Source: an uncultured Alphaproteobacteria bacterium (GTDB taxonomy: Bacteria > Pseudomonadota > Alphaproteobacteria > Rhizobiales > Beijerinckiaceae). Taken from it: a DNA stretch of 64,000 nucleotides. A program made the position numbers and the translations under genes. The notes under the pieces were generated by a model. It was given only the letters and a program-made list of their open reading frames with translations. It did not search any database and was not told where the DNA came from. Positions within the stretch are counted from its first letter, which is position 1, and every line of letters begins with the position of its first letter. Below, piece by piece: positions 38,440-47,526 of the stretch. Location: assembly GCA_963794475.1 (NCBI GenBank), contig CAWCDW010000009.1, positions 25,196 to 89,195 of the forward strand, in the 5' to 3' direction.

Positions 38440-39393
38440 TCAATAGCCCTTGTCGCGGCTCACAACATGCTCGAGCGCGCCTCCTGTCTCGAACCGCTCG
38501 ATCTGCCGCGCGATCAGGATGCTGATCGCGTCATGATCGCTGATCGCGGCGTTGTGCGGCGAGACATACACCTTGGGATGCGCCCAGAGCGGTGAGGCGG
38601 CGGGCAAGGGCTCCGTCTCGAAAACATCGAGCGATGCGCCCTTGAGCGTGCCGGCGTCGAGCGCCGCGAGGATGTCAGCCTCGACCTGCAGGCCACCGCG
38701 TCCGGCGTTGAGGAGGAAGGGCCCGCCGAGGCGCCCATCCTTCGCGAGCTTGGAGAGAAGATCGGCGTTGATGATGCCATGCGTTTCGGGCGTGTGGGGC
38801 ATGAGCACGACGAGGATGTCGGTGCGGGCGAGGAAGGCGTCGCGCTCCTGCGCGCCGGCGAAGGAGCGGATGCCGGGAAAGCTTTTGCGCGTCGCGCTCC
38901 AGCCTGCGACGTCGAAGCCGAGGGTTTGCAGCTTTCGCGCCGCGTCGGCGCCGAGCTCGCCCATGCCCATGACGCCGATGCGCACGTCCTTGGCGGCGGG
39001 CTGGTCGGGATCCTCCTCCCACCGCTTCTCGCGCTGCTGCCGGTCATAGAGCCGCTGCTGGCGATGATGCAGGAGCACATGCAGGACCACCCATTCGGTC
39101 ATTCGCTGGGTAAGGTCGGGGTCGACGACGCGCGCCACGGGGACCGAGGGCAGGTTGGGGTCGACGAAGACATGATCGACGCCGGCGCCGAGCGAGAAGA
39201 TCGCCTTGAGATTGGGGAGGTCCGACAAGGAGCCCTTGGGGTGCCACCAGGTCGCCGCATAGGCGATCGAGCCCTTGTCGAAGCTCTCGCCGAGCACATG
39301 CACGGCGCGGCCCGGCAACGCGGCGGCGAGCCGCTTGCGCCAGCCTTCCGGCCGCATTGTGGGGGCGGCGACGAGGATGGCATTTTGTTTCAT
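38440..39393 (-). CDS. ghrA: Glyoxylate/hydroxypyruvate reductase A
   Basis: SLGAGVDH, GVMGMGELG, LNAGRG, LDVFETEPL, SPHNAA. Confidence 0.9.
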   Translation of the reverse strand: MKQNAILVAAPTMRPEGWRKRLAAALPGRAVHVLGESFDKGSIAYAATWWHPKGSLSDLPNLKAIFSLGAGVDHVFVDPNLPSVPVARVVDPDLTQRMTEWVVLHVLLHHRQQRLYDRQQREKRWEEDPDQPAAKDVRIGVMGMGELGADAARKLQTLGFDVAGWSATRKSFPGIRSFAGAQERDAFLARTDILVVLMPHTPETHGIINADLLSKLAKDGRLGGPFLLNAGRGGLQVEADILAALDAGTLKGASLDVFETEPLPAASPLWAHPKVYVSPHNAAISDHDAISILIARQIERFETGGALEHVVSRDKGY

Positions 39394-40724
39394 GAGGGTC
39401 GCTCCAAACGTGTGGTGACGAGGCCGTGACGGCGGTTCGGCGCCTTTTCGCCGATCGCATAGGCGGCGCGCAACCTCGCGGCCGCGGCCTCGGCGCGGGC
39501 GGCGTCGCGCGCATGCACGACGGCGAGCGGCGTGCCGGGCTCGATCCTCGTGCCGATGCCGGCAAGCCGCGTCAGGCCGACGGCGGGGTCGATCGCGTCT
39601 TGCGGGCGCGTGCGCCCGCCGCCGAGGGCGACCACCGCGAGGCCGAGCGCGCGCGTGTCGATCGCGGTGACCACGCCCTCGCGTTCCGCGAGGACCTCGT
39701 GCGTCACCGGCGCCGTGTCGAGATGGAGATGCGGCCGCTCGATGAGGTTTGCGGGCCCGCCGAGCTCGACGACCATGCGGCCGAAGCGCTCGGCCGCGGC
39801 GCCGCTCGCCAGCGTATCGCCGATCTTGCGCTTGCCCTCGTCGAGATCGGCCGCGATGCCGCCGAGGACCAGCATCTCGGAGCCGAGCGCGAGCACGACC
39901 TCGTGCACGCGGTCCTGGCGCCTGTGGCCCGCGAGATGCGCGATGGCGTGATGGGTCTCGAGGGCATTGCCGGCGGCATCCGCGAGCGGCTCGTGCATGT
40001 CGGTGAGCAGCGCCATTGTCGGCAGCCCCGCGCCGTTCGCCACATGGACGAGGCTTTCGGCAAGCTCTTGTGCCGCCTCGAGGCTCGTCACGAAGGCGCC
40101 GGCGCCCCATTTCACGTCGAGCACCAGGCCGCCGAGGCCCGCGGCGAGCTTCTTAGCGAGGATCGAGGCGGTGATGAGATCGATCGATTCGACCGTCGCA
40201 GTGACGTCGCGAATCGCATAGAGGCGCTTGTCGGCCGGCGCGAGCTTGCCCGTCTGGCCGATGATGGCGCAGCCCGCCTTGCGCACGGCGCGGCGAAAAG
40301 CCTCGATCCCGGGCTGCGCCCGATAGCCCTTGATGGCCTCGAGCTTGTCGAGCGTGCCGCCCGTATGGCCAAGGCCGCGCCCCGAGATCATCGGCACGAA
40401 GCCGCCAGCGGCGGCAACGGCGGGCGCGAGGATCAGGCTCACATTGTCGCCGACGCCGCCCGTCGAATGCTTGTCGAGAACCGGGCCCGGAAGGTCCCAG
40501 CGCAGCACCTCGCCCGAAGCCGTCATGGCACGCGTGAGGGCGACGCGCTCGTCGAGGGTGAGGCCCTTGAGATAAACCGCCATGGCAAAGGCCGCGGCCT
40601 GGCCTTCGCTCACCTTTCCGCTCGTGAGGCCTTCGATGAAGCGCGCGATGTCCTGCGGCGAAAGGCGCAAGCCGTCGCGCTTCGCCCGGATGATCTCTTG
40701 CGGCAGGAAGGAAGCCTTGCTCAT
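39390..40724 (-). CDS. deoA: Thymidine phosphorylase
   Basis: LPQEIIRAKRDG, DKHSTGGVGD, MISGRGLGHTGGTLDKLE, LDVKWGAGAF. Confidence 0.95.
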   Translation of the reverse strand: MSKASFLPQEIIRAKRDGLRLSPQDIARFIEGLTSGKVSEGQAAAFAMAVYLKGLTLDERVALTRAMTASGEVLRWDLPGPVLDKHSTGGVGDNVSLILAPAVAAAGGFVPMISGRGLGHTGGTLDKLEAIKGYRAQPGIEAFRRAVRKAGCAIIGQTGKLAPADKRLYAIRDVTATVESIDLITASILAKKLAAGLGGLVLDVKWGAGAFVTSLEAAQELAESLVHVANGAGLPTMALLTDMHEPLADAAGNALETHHAIAHLAGHRRQDRVHEVVLALGSEMLVLGGIAADLDEGKRKIGDTLASGAAAERFGRMVVELGGPANLIERPHLHLDTAPVTHEVLAEREGVVTAIDTRALGLAVVALGGGRTRPQDAIDPAVGLTRLAGIGTRIEPGTPLAVVHARDAARAEAAAARLRAAYAIGEKAPNRRHGLVTTRLERPS

Positions 40725-40743
40725 CGCCGCCTTTCGCTCCGCC

Positions 40744-41511
40744 TCAGCGATGCAGGTTGAGGCCATGCTCCATCAGCGCCGCCCAGGTGCTCTCGGCGTT
40801 CTCGGCGAAGCGAAAGAGCGAGAGTTCAGGAAGCGTCACCATGCCGTTATCGACGAGCGCGTCGAAAGACACCACCTGGCGCCAATAGGCTTCGTCGACG
40901 AGGACGATCGGAAGCTCAGGTTCCTTGCCGGTCTGGCGAAGCGTCAAAAGCTCGAAGAGCTCGTCGAAGGTGCCGAAGCCGCCGGGAAACACGACGAGCG
41001 CATTCGCCCGCATGGCGAAATGCATCTTGCGCATCGCGAAATAATGGAAGCGAAAGGTGAGATCGGGCGTGGAGAAGGCGTTCGGCTCCTCCTCTTCCGG
41101 CAAGGTGATGTTGAAGCCGATGCTCGGCGCGCCGGCTTCGCTCGCCCCGCGATTGGCCGCCTCCATGATGCCGGGGCCGCCGCCCGTGGCGATGACATTC
41201 TGGCGCACCGCGCCATGCGGCTTGAGCGCGCCGCCGCGTTCCGACGCGATACGACCGAAGCGCCGCGCTTCTCCATACCAGAAGGCTTGCCGGCCCGGGC
41301 CATCCTCGCGCACCCGGGCGCTGCCGAAGACCACGAGGGTCGAGCGCACCGAATAGGCGCGCAAAGCCTCCTCGGCCTTGGCATATTCGAGGAGGAAACG
41401 CGTGCCTCGCATGGAATCGCCCAGGAGGAAATCCTGGTCGAGCGCTGGAATGCGATAAGAAGGGGAAGCGAGCTGAGCCTCGTTTCCCGCAAGGGCGGGG
41501 GTCGCTGTCAT
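40744..41511 (-). CDS. LOG family (TIGR00730-like) Rossmann-fold protein
   Basis: VFGSAR, TGGGPGIMEAANRGA, RKMHF, PGGFGTFDELFE; start approximate. Confidence 0.88.
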   Translation of the reverse strand: MTATPALAGNEAQLASPSYRIPALDQDFLLGDSMRGTRFLLEYAKAEEALRAYSVRSTLVVFGSARVREDGPGRQAFWYGEARRFGRIASERGGALKPHGAVRQNVIATGGGPGIMEAANRGASEAGAPSIGFNITLPEEEEPNAFSTPDLTFRFHYFAMRKMHFAMRANALVVFPGGFGTFDELFELLTLRQTGKEPELPIVLVDEAYWRQVVSFDALVDNGMVTLPELSLFRFAENAESTWAALMEHGLNLHR

Positions 41512-41624
41512 AGGCGGATAACTGACCGGTGGCGGGGCGCTTGGCAAGTCCGTCCGTCGAGGCCTATGTGAGCGCCTCCCCGCCTTCGCCTCGTCGCAAA
41601 CCGCAGGAGTGATCGCTTCTCCCA

Positions 41625-42110
41625 ATGCCCAACGCGCTTCATGACCGGATGAACAAGCCTTCGATATCCGCGCTTTCCGATGGCGGAGCGATGGGAGCGG
41701 CCGCGGAGCTGCTCCACAGCTTCTTTCATGAGAGCGGCTTTCCCGGCGATCGCGCAAGCATTTCGGCGAATTTGAAACGCATGCTGGCCGACCCGAACCA
41801 TTGGGCGGCCGCCGCCTATGAATCAGGGCGGATGATCGGCGTCGTGACGGTCACGACGATGCTTTATGTGGAATGGGGCCGGCTCGGCGAAGTCGGCGAT
41901 CTCTACGTGGTGCCCGAGGCGCGAAAGCGCGGCGTCGCCCGCGAGCTCGTTCGCTCGGCGCTCGATTGGTGCGCCGACCACGGATGTTCGGCGGTTTCTG
42001 TCGTGGTGACCGAAAAGGGCGAGAAGGAGGATGGGCTCGGCCTGTTCTACGATCGGCTCGGCTTTGCCTCGACCGGACGCCGCATCTATTCGCGCGTCCT
42101 GAAGAAGTGA
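41625..42110 (+). CDS. GNAT family acetyltransferase
   Basis: LYVVPEARKRGVA, FYDRLGF. Confidence 0.88.
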   Translation: MPNALHDRMNKPSISALSDGGAMGAAAELLHSFFHESGFPGDRASISANLKRMLADPNHWAAAAYESGRMIGVVTVTTMLYVEWGRLGEVGDLYVVPEARKRGVARELVRSALDWCADHGCSAVSVVVTEKGEKEDGLGLFYDRLGFASTGRRIYSRVLKK

Positions 42111-42625
42111 CGGCGTTGGCGCCTCTCACCCTCGTCCTCGGAGGCGCGCGCTCCGGCAAGAGCCGGCACGCCGAGGCGCTGGTCACGTCTCGGCCACCGC
42201 CTTGGCGCTACGTGGCGACGGCGCAGGCGCTCGATGCGGAGATGGCCGAGCGCATCGCCTTGCACCGTGAGCGGCGCGACAAAGGCTGGGAGACGCATGA
42301 GGCGCCGCTCGCGCTTGCCGAATGCATCGCGCGGCTCGGCGTGCAACCGGCGCCCATCCTCGTCGATTGCCTCACGCTCTGGCTCACCAACCTGATGCTC
42401 GGCGAGCATGATTTGGCGGCGGCGGCGGCCGGCCTCGAAGCCGCGCTTGAAGGGGCGGTCGCGCCCATCGTTCTCGTCGCCAACGAGGTCGGGCTTGGCA
42501 TCGTGCCGGAGAACGCGCTCGCGCGACGCTTCCGCGACGAGGCAGGGCGGCTCAACCAGCGCCTCGCGGCGCGCGCGACCCAAGTGATTTTCATGGTGGC
42601 GGGGCTGCCGGTGAGGGTAAAGTGA
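42107..42625 (+). CDS. cobU: Adenosylcobinamide kinase / adenosylcobinamide-phosphate guanylyltransferase (CobU/CobP)
   Basis: LVLGGARSGKS, YVATA, LVDCLTLW, NEVGLGIVP; GTG start overlapping the GNAT stop. Confidence 0.95.
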   Translation: MTALAPLTLVLGGARSGKSRHAEALVTSRPPPWRYVATAQALDAEMAERIALHRERRDKGWETHEAPLALAECIARLGVQPAPILVDCLTLWLTNLMLGEHDLAAAAAGLEAALEGAVAPIVLVANEVGLGIVPENALARRFRDEAGRLNQRLAARATQVIFMVAGLPVRVK

Positions 42626-42661
42626 AGCCAGCCGAGGCGCGGGAACAGGGGAAAGATCGGC

Positions 42662-43279
42662 ATGCCCGAGATGAGCAAGGACGATGCGGCCCGCCACAAG
42701 GCGAAGATGGAAAAGCGCAAGGCCGCCCAAGACGCCGAGGTTGCCTCGAAGACGGTGACCGAAAAGGGCCTCCTGATCGTTCACACGGGCGCCGGCAAGG
42801 GCAAGTCGACCGCGGCTTTCGGCCTCGCGCTTCGTGCGCTCGGGCGCGGTTGGCGCGTGGGCGTGGTGCAGTTCATCAAGGGCGCCTGGGAAACCGGCGA
42901 GCGAAAGGCGCTCGAAAGCTTCGGCGACCGCGTCACCTGGTGCACAATGGGGGAGGGCTTTACCTGGGAAACGCAAGACAAGGCGCGCGACATCGCGGCC
43001 GCCGAGCGCGCCTGGGCGGTGGCCCGCGACATGATGAACGACAAGCAATTTCGCCTCATCCTGCTCGATGAACTGAACATCGCCTTGCGTTACGGCTATC
43101 TGCCGCTCGACGAGGTGGTCGCGGCGCTCGCGGCGCGCCGCCCCGGCTTGCACATCGTGGTGACCGGGCGCAACGCCAAGCCGGAGCTGATCGAGGCCGC
43201 CGATCTCGTGACCGAGATGAGCCTCGTGAAGCATCATTTCGCCGCCGGCGTGAAAGCGCAGGAGGGGATTGAGTTTTAG
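42662..43279 (+). CDS. cobO: Cob(I)alamin adenosyltransferase
   Basis: HTGAGKGKST, QFIKG, GEGFTW, LDELN, VTGR, AQEGIEF. Confidence 0.97.
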   Translation: MPEMSKDDAARHKAKMEKRKAAQDAEVASKTVTEKGLLIVHTGAGKGKSTAAFGLALRALGRGWRVGVVQFIKGAWETGERKALESFGDRVTWCTMGEGFTWETQDKARDIAAAERAWAVARDMMNDKQFRLILLDELNIALRYGYLPLDEVVAALAARRPGLHIVVTGRNAKPELIEAADLVTEMSLVKHHFAAGVKAQEGIEF

Positions 43280-43340
43280 CGAGTAGCGAGTAGCGAGTGG
43301 ATTTTCACCGCTCTTTACTATTCGCTATTCTCTGCTCGCC
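43277..43340. repeat. Heptamer element (TAGCGAG)3 with complementary arm (CTATTCG/CTGCTCG)
   Basis: Three units at 43277-43297, the first containing the cobO stop; complementary units at 43318-43340. Confidence 0.8.
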
Positions 43341-43374
43341 GAGGATCCATGACCCCGTACAACGGTAGCCCTTG

Positions 43375-44835
43375 ATGCCTGCGAAGGCCTTGATGATCCA
43401 AGGCACCGGGTCGGATGTCGGCAAATCGCTGATCGTCGCAGGCCTCGCGCGCGCCTTCACGCGGCGTGGGCTCTCGGTTCTGCCGTTCAAGCCGCAAAAC
43501 ATGTCGAACAACGCAGCCGTCACGGAAGATGGGGGCGAGATCGGGCGCGCCCAGGCCTTGCAGGCGCGAGCTTGCGGCGTTTCGCCTTGCGTCGACATGA
43601 ACCCCGTGCTCCTGAAGCCGCAAAGCGAGACGGGCGCGCAGGTCGTGGTGCAAGGCCGCATCCTGACGAATGCCAAGGCGCGCGAATATCAAGCCTTGAA
43701 GCCGCGTCTGCTCGCGGCCGTGCTCGAGAGCTTCGACCGACTGAAGGCGAAGTCCGATCTCGTCCTCGTCGAAGGAGCGGGCAGCGCCTCGGAGATCAAT
43801 CTGCGTGAGGGCGACATCGCCAATATGGGCTTCGCGCAAGCCGCCGATGTGCCGGTGGCGCTCGTCGGCGACATCGATCGCGGCGGCGTGATCGCGCAGA
43901 TCGTCGGCACCAGGGCCGTGATCGACGCGGCCGATGCGGCAAAAATCGTGGGCTTCATCGTCAATCGTTTCCGGGGGGATCCCTCGCTTTTCGCCGAAGG
44001 GATGCGTGCCATCGAGCGGCACACGGGTTGGCCCGCGCTCGGGCTCGTGCCGCATTTCGCGAAGGCGCGCCGGCTTCCGGCCGAGGACGCCTTGGCACTC
44101 GAGCATCGCGAGGCGCGGGGCAACGGCGCCATCATCATCGCGGTTCCCGTGTTGCCGCGAATCTCGAATTTTGACGACCTCGATCCGCTGAAGCTCGAGC
44201 CCGCGCTCGCGCTTCTCCTGGTGCGGCAGGGCGAGGCGCTCCCCGGTAACGCCGACCTCGTTCTTCTCCCCGGCTCGAAGGCGACGATCGCCGATCTTCA
44301 GGCGTTGCGCGCCGAAGGCTGGGACGTGGACATCGCCGCCCATCTTCGCCGCGGCGGGCAGGTGCTCGGCCTTTGTGGGGGGTATCAGATGCTGGGCCGC
44401 GTCATCCGCGATCCGGACGGCATCGAAGGGCCGCCCGGGGAAACCGAAGGCCTCGGCCTTCTCGATGTCGAAACCGTGCTCACGCCGAAGAAGTTCTTGC
44501 GCGCTGTCGAAGGCGAAAGCCTTGCCGGCAGCGCCCCCTTCACGGGCTATGAGATGCATGTCGGCGCCACCGAGGGGCCCGACACCGCGCGGCCCGTGCT
44601 GCGCTTTGATGATGGCCGCGCCGACGGGGCGACCTCGACGGACGGCCGGGTCAAGGGGGTGTACGTGCACGGGCTCTTTTCAGATCCGCGCCAGCGCGCG
44701 GCGCTGCTCGCCGGCTTCGGGGCGTCGAGCTCGGGCGTTTCCTATGAGGACGATGTCGAAAAGACGCTCGATGAGCTCGCCGCGCATTTGGGCGCGCATC
44801 TCGACCTCGATCGTCTCCTCAGGCTCGCGCGATGA
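43375..44835 (+). CDS. cobQ: Cobyric acid synthase
   Basis: [45 protein letters not shown]. Confidence 0.97.
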   Translation: MPAKALMIQGTGSDVGKSLIVAGLARAFTRRGLSVLPFKPQNMSNNAAVTEDGGEIGRAQALQARACGVSPCVDMNPVLLKPQSETGAQVVVQGRILTNAKAREYQALKPRLLAAVLESFDRLKAKSDLVLVEGAGSASEINLREGDIANMGFAQAADVPVALVGDIDRGGVIAQIVGTRAVIDAADAAKIVGFIVNRFRGDPSLFAEGMRAIERHTGWPALGLVPHFAKARRLPAEDALALEHREARGNGAIIIAVPVLPRISNFDDLDPLKLEPALALLLVRQGEALPGNADLVLLPGSKATIADLQALRAEGWDVDIAAHLRRGGQVLGLCGGYQMLGRVIRDPDGIEGPPGETEGLGLLDVETVLTPKKFLRAVEGESLAGSAPFTGYEMHVGATEGPDTARPVLRFDDGRADGATSTDGRVKGVYVHGLFSDPRQRAALLAGFGASSSGVSYEDDVEKTLDELAAHLGAHLDLDRLLRLAR

Positions 44836-45799
44836 GGAGCGCGGCGAAGAGCGCATACACGGCGATCTGGATCGCGCAAGCCGCCCGATAGAGCCGAAGC
44901 GCTCGCCGGATGTCGCGCTCGGTCGCCGAGCGACGCCCGTTGCCCATGAAGGCGTCCTCGACCGTGACGCCGTCATAGACGCGCGGGCCCGCGAGCTTCA
45001 ACCCGAGCGCGCCCGCCATCGCGGCCTCGGGCCAGCCGGCGTTGGGCGAGCGATGGCGTTTCGCGTCGCGCAGCGCGGCGCGCATCGCTTCGGCGGGTGA
45101 GGCTTCCGGCACGGCGAACGCCGCGAGGGCGAGCCAGAGCGCCGAAAGGCGCGAGGCCGGCAGGTTCACGATGTCGTCGAAACGCGCCGCCGCGAAGCCG
45201 AAGGCGCCGTGCCTTTGTGTGCGATGGCCGATCATGCTGTCGGCGGTGTTCGCTGCCTTGTAGGCAGCCCCGCCCGGCAGGCCGAAGAGCGCGAGGTAGA
45301 GCGCGGGCGCGACAACGCCGTCGGAGAAATTCTCGGCAAGGCTCTCGATCGCGGCGCGCGCCACGCCCGCCTCGTCGAGCGCGCTCGGATCGCGCCCGAC
45401 GACCTCGGCGACGCTCGCGCGTCCCGGCCCCAACCCGCCGTTCTCCAGCGCATCGGCAACCGCCTCGACGTGCTCATGCAAGCTTTTCTGGGCGAGAAGC
45501 GTCGAAGCGAGGATCACCGTGAGAAGGGTGCCGACGAGGCCGGCCGGCAGAAGGAGCATGATAAGAACGCAGGCGCCGATCGCGGCGGCGAGCGTCACGC
45601 CCAAGGCGATCGCGCCTGCCTTGCGGCGCGCCGTCTCATCCTCGCTCTCCTTGTTGAGGGCGCGGTCGAGCAGGGAAATCAGCGCGCCGATCCAGGTGAC
45701 GGGATGGCCGATCGAGCGGTAGAGAGCTTGCGGATAGCCGGCATAGGCTTCGAGGACGAGCGCGCCGAAGGCGAGGAAAAAGGTGAAGCCGAGGTCCAT
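44819..45799 (-). CDS. cbiB: Adenosylcobinamide-phosphate synthase (CbiB)
   Basis: [49 protein letters not shown]. Confidence 0.95.
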   Translation of the reverse strand: MDLGFTFFLAFGALVLEAYAGYPQALYRSIGHPVTWIGALISLLDRALNKESEDETARRKAGAIALGVTLAAAIGACVLIMLLLPAGLVGTLLTVILASTLLAQKSLHEHVEAVADALENGGLGPGRASVAEVVGRDPSALDEAGVARAAIESLAENFSDGVVAPALYLALFGLPGGAAYKAANTADSMIGHRTQRHGAFGFAAARFDDIVNLPASRLSALWLALAAFAVPEASPAEAMRAALRDAKRHRSPNAGWPEAAMAGALGLKLAGPRVYDGVTVEDAFMGNGRRSATERDIRRALRLYRAACAIQIAVYALFAALLIARA

Positions 45800-46844
45800 G
45801 AACGTTGCCGCAAGAGTGGAGGAATCGCGGGTGGGCACAGTGTATCACGGCGGCGATCTCGCCGCTGCCCGATTGCGCTTCGCACACGCGCCTCGCCCCT
45901 GGATCGACCTTTCGACTGGCATCGACCCGCATGCCTATCCGGTTGGGAAGCTTCCAAAATCGGCCTGGATGCGCCTTCCCGAGCCATCGACGGTTCGCGC
46001 GCTCGAAGCCGTCGCCGCCTCGGCCTATGGGGCTCGCGACGCCGACGGCGTCGTCGCCGCGCCGGGAACGCAAGCGCTCATCCAATGGCTGCCGCGTCTC
46101 ATCGGCGCGCGCCGCGTCGCCATCTTGGGCTTCACCTACGCGGAGCATCAAGCCTCATGGCGTGCCGCCGGCGCATCCGTCGCCACGGTCGACGGGATCG
46201 AAGCGCTCGGCGGCCACGATGTCGCGGTCGTGGTCAATCCGAACAATCCCGACGGGCGGCGGATCGCGCCAAAAGCCCTTGCCGAGCTCGGCGCGCGGCT
46301 TGCGCGCAAGGGAGCGACGCTCATCGTCGATGAAGCCTTCATGGATGCCGAACCCGTCGCGCACAGCCTGGTGCCGCGGCTTCCGCCCACGGGCACGGTG
46401 GTGTTGCGGTCCTTTGGAAAATTTTATGGGCTCGCGGGCCTGCGGCTCGGCTTTGCGATCGCCTCGCCCGAGCTTGCCGGCCGCATTCGTCTGGGCCTCG
46501 GCCCATGGGCGGTCTCCGGCGCCGCGATCGAGATCGGCGGCCGCGCGCTCGCCGACACGGCTTGGCGCGCGCGGACGATCGCGCGGCTCGCGAAAGATGC
46601 AGCGCGCCTCGATGCCATTCTCGAGCGGGCGGGCTTCGAGATCATCGGCGGCACGGCGCTTTTCCGGCTGGCGCGCCATTCGCGCGCGCACGCCTGGTTC
46701 GAGCACCTCGGACGGCAAGGCATCTGGGTGCGCAACTTTGCATCGTCCCATGAGGACCGGCTGCGCTTCGGCCTGCCCGGCTCCGCGGGCGCTTGGCGGC
46801 GACTTGAAGCGGCGTTTGGTAAGCGAGTAGCGAGTAGCGAGTAG
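45798..46844 (+). CDS. cobD: Threonine-phosphate decarboxylase (CobD/CobC), PLP-dependent
   Basis: HGGDL, IDLSTGI, VNPNNPDG, DEAF, RSFGKFYGLAGLRLG; start uncertain. Confidence 0.92.
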   Translation: MNVAARVEESRVGTVYHGGDLAAARLRFAHAPRPWIDLSTGIDPHAYPVGKLPKSAWMRLPEPSTVRALEAVAASAYGARDADGVVAAPGTQALIQWLPRLIGARRVAILGFTYAEHQASWRAAGASVATVDGIEALGGHDVAVVVNPNNPDGRRIAPKALAELGARLARKGATLIVDEAFMDAEPVAHSLVPRLPPTGTVVLRSFGKFYGLAGLRLGFAIASPELAGRIRLGLGPWAVSGAAIEIGGRALADTAWRARTIARLAKDAARLDAILERAGFEIIGGTALFRLARHSRAHAWFEHLGRQGIWVRNFASSHEDRLRFGLPGSAGAWRRLEAAFGKRVASSE

Positions 46845-46920
46845 TAGGGAGAAACAAGCTTTCTCCTCTTTTCACCACTCACTCTTCACTCTTCGCTACT
46901 CGCCCTCCACCACTCGCCAC
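46820..46920. repeat. Heptamer element between convergent cobD and soxG
   Basis: (GCGAGTA)3 at 46823-46843; opposite arm ACTCTTC/GCTACTC/ACCACTC/GCCACTT; both stop codons lie in the arms. Confidence 0.8.
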
Positions 46921-47526
46921 TTCATAACCGAATTCCGCCGCCGAGGCCGAAAGCCAGGCCCAGAGGCTCTTGGCCAGCGAGCGGGGGACGGCGATTTCAT
47001 AGGTGGGCGCCTCGTCCACCTGCCAAAGCTGCACTCCGATATGGGCCGCGATCGTGAGCGCGACGTCGCCGGGCTTGAAGGCTCTTGGGTGGAGATCGAT
47101 CGCGATGCCCTTGGCCAGCACCTCGCGCGCTTTCGGCCCGCGCAGCCGCAGGATCGCACGCCCGTCGCTCTGGTCGACGATCAAGGCGCGCTTGCCGAGG
47201 CCGAGCGTGAGCTCGCGCTCGAATTCTTGCGCGCCTTCGGCGAGCGCCAGCCATTGTTCGAAGCCGGCCCAGATGAAGCTGAGGAACCGCCCGTCTGGGA
47301 GTTGACGCGCGGCGATGCGGGGCGTCGAGGGAAGATCGATCCCGTAAGCGCTCCTCACGAGCGCGGCGAGCGCTTGCGATTGCCCGCTGCGAGCGATCAC
47401 GGTGGCGAGCGAAAGCTCGGCGCGCTCGCACAAGATGAGCCCGGGAGCGCCGTCGGGCCGGCCGTAACGTCCATCGCGAAGGACATCGGCGAACGCTGCG
47501 CGCGGGGTCGCGATGAGATCAGCCAC
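46879..47526 (-). CDS. soxG: Heterotetrameric sarcosine oxidase gamma subunit
   Basis: VDQSDGR, REVLAKGIAIDLHPRAF, PRSLA..LW; GTG start overlaps the soxA end. Confidence 0.9.
   Translation of the reverse strand: MADLIATPRAAFADVLRDGRYGRPDGAPGLILCERAELSLATVIARSGQSQALAALVRSAYGIDLPSTPRIAARQLPDGRFLSFIWAGFEQWLALAEGAQEFERELTLGLGKRALIVDQSDGRAILRLRGPKAREVLAKGIAIDLHPRAFKPGDVALTIAAHIGVQLWQVDEAPTYEIAVPRSLAKSLWAWLSASAAEFGYEVASGGGRVAKSEE

Noticed and set aside
38440-40110. 556-aa ORF suggesting an extended ghrA
   Set aside because: The Arg-rich N-terminus overlaps deoA out of frame; ghrA starts at 39393
41500-46844. Cobalamin riboswitch at the cob genes
   Set aside because: Genes overlap or abut, leaving no leader long enough; no B12-box seen
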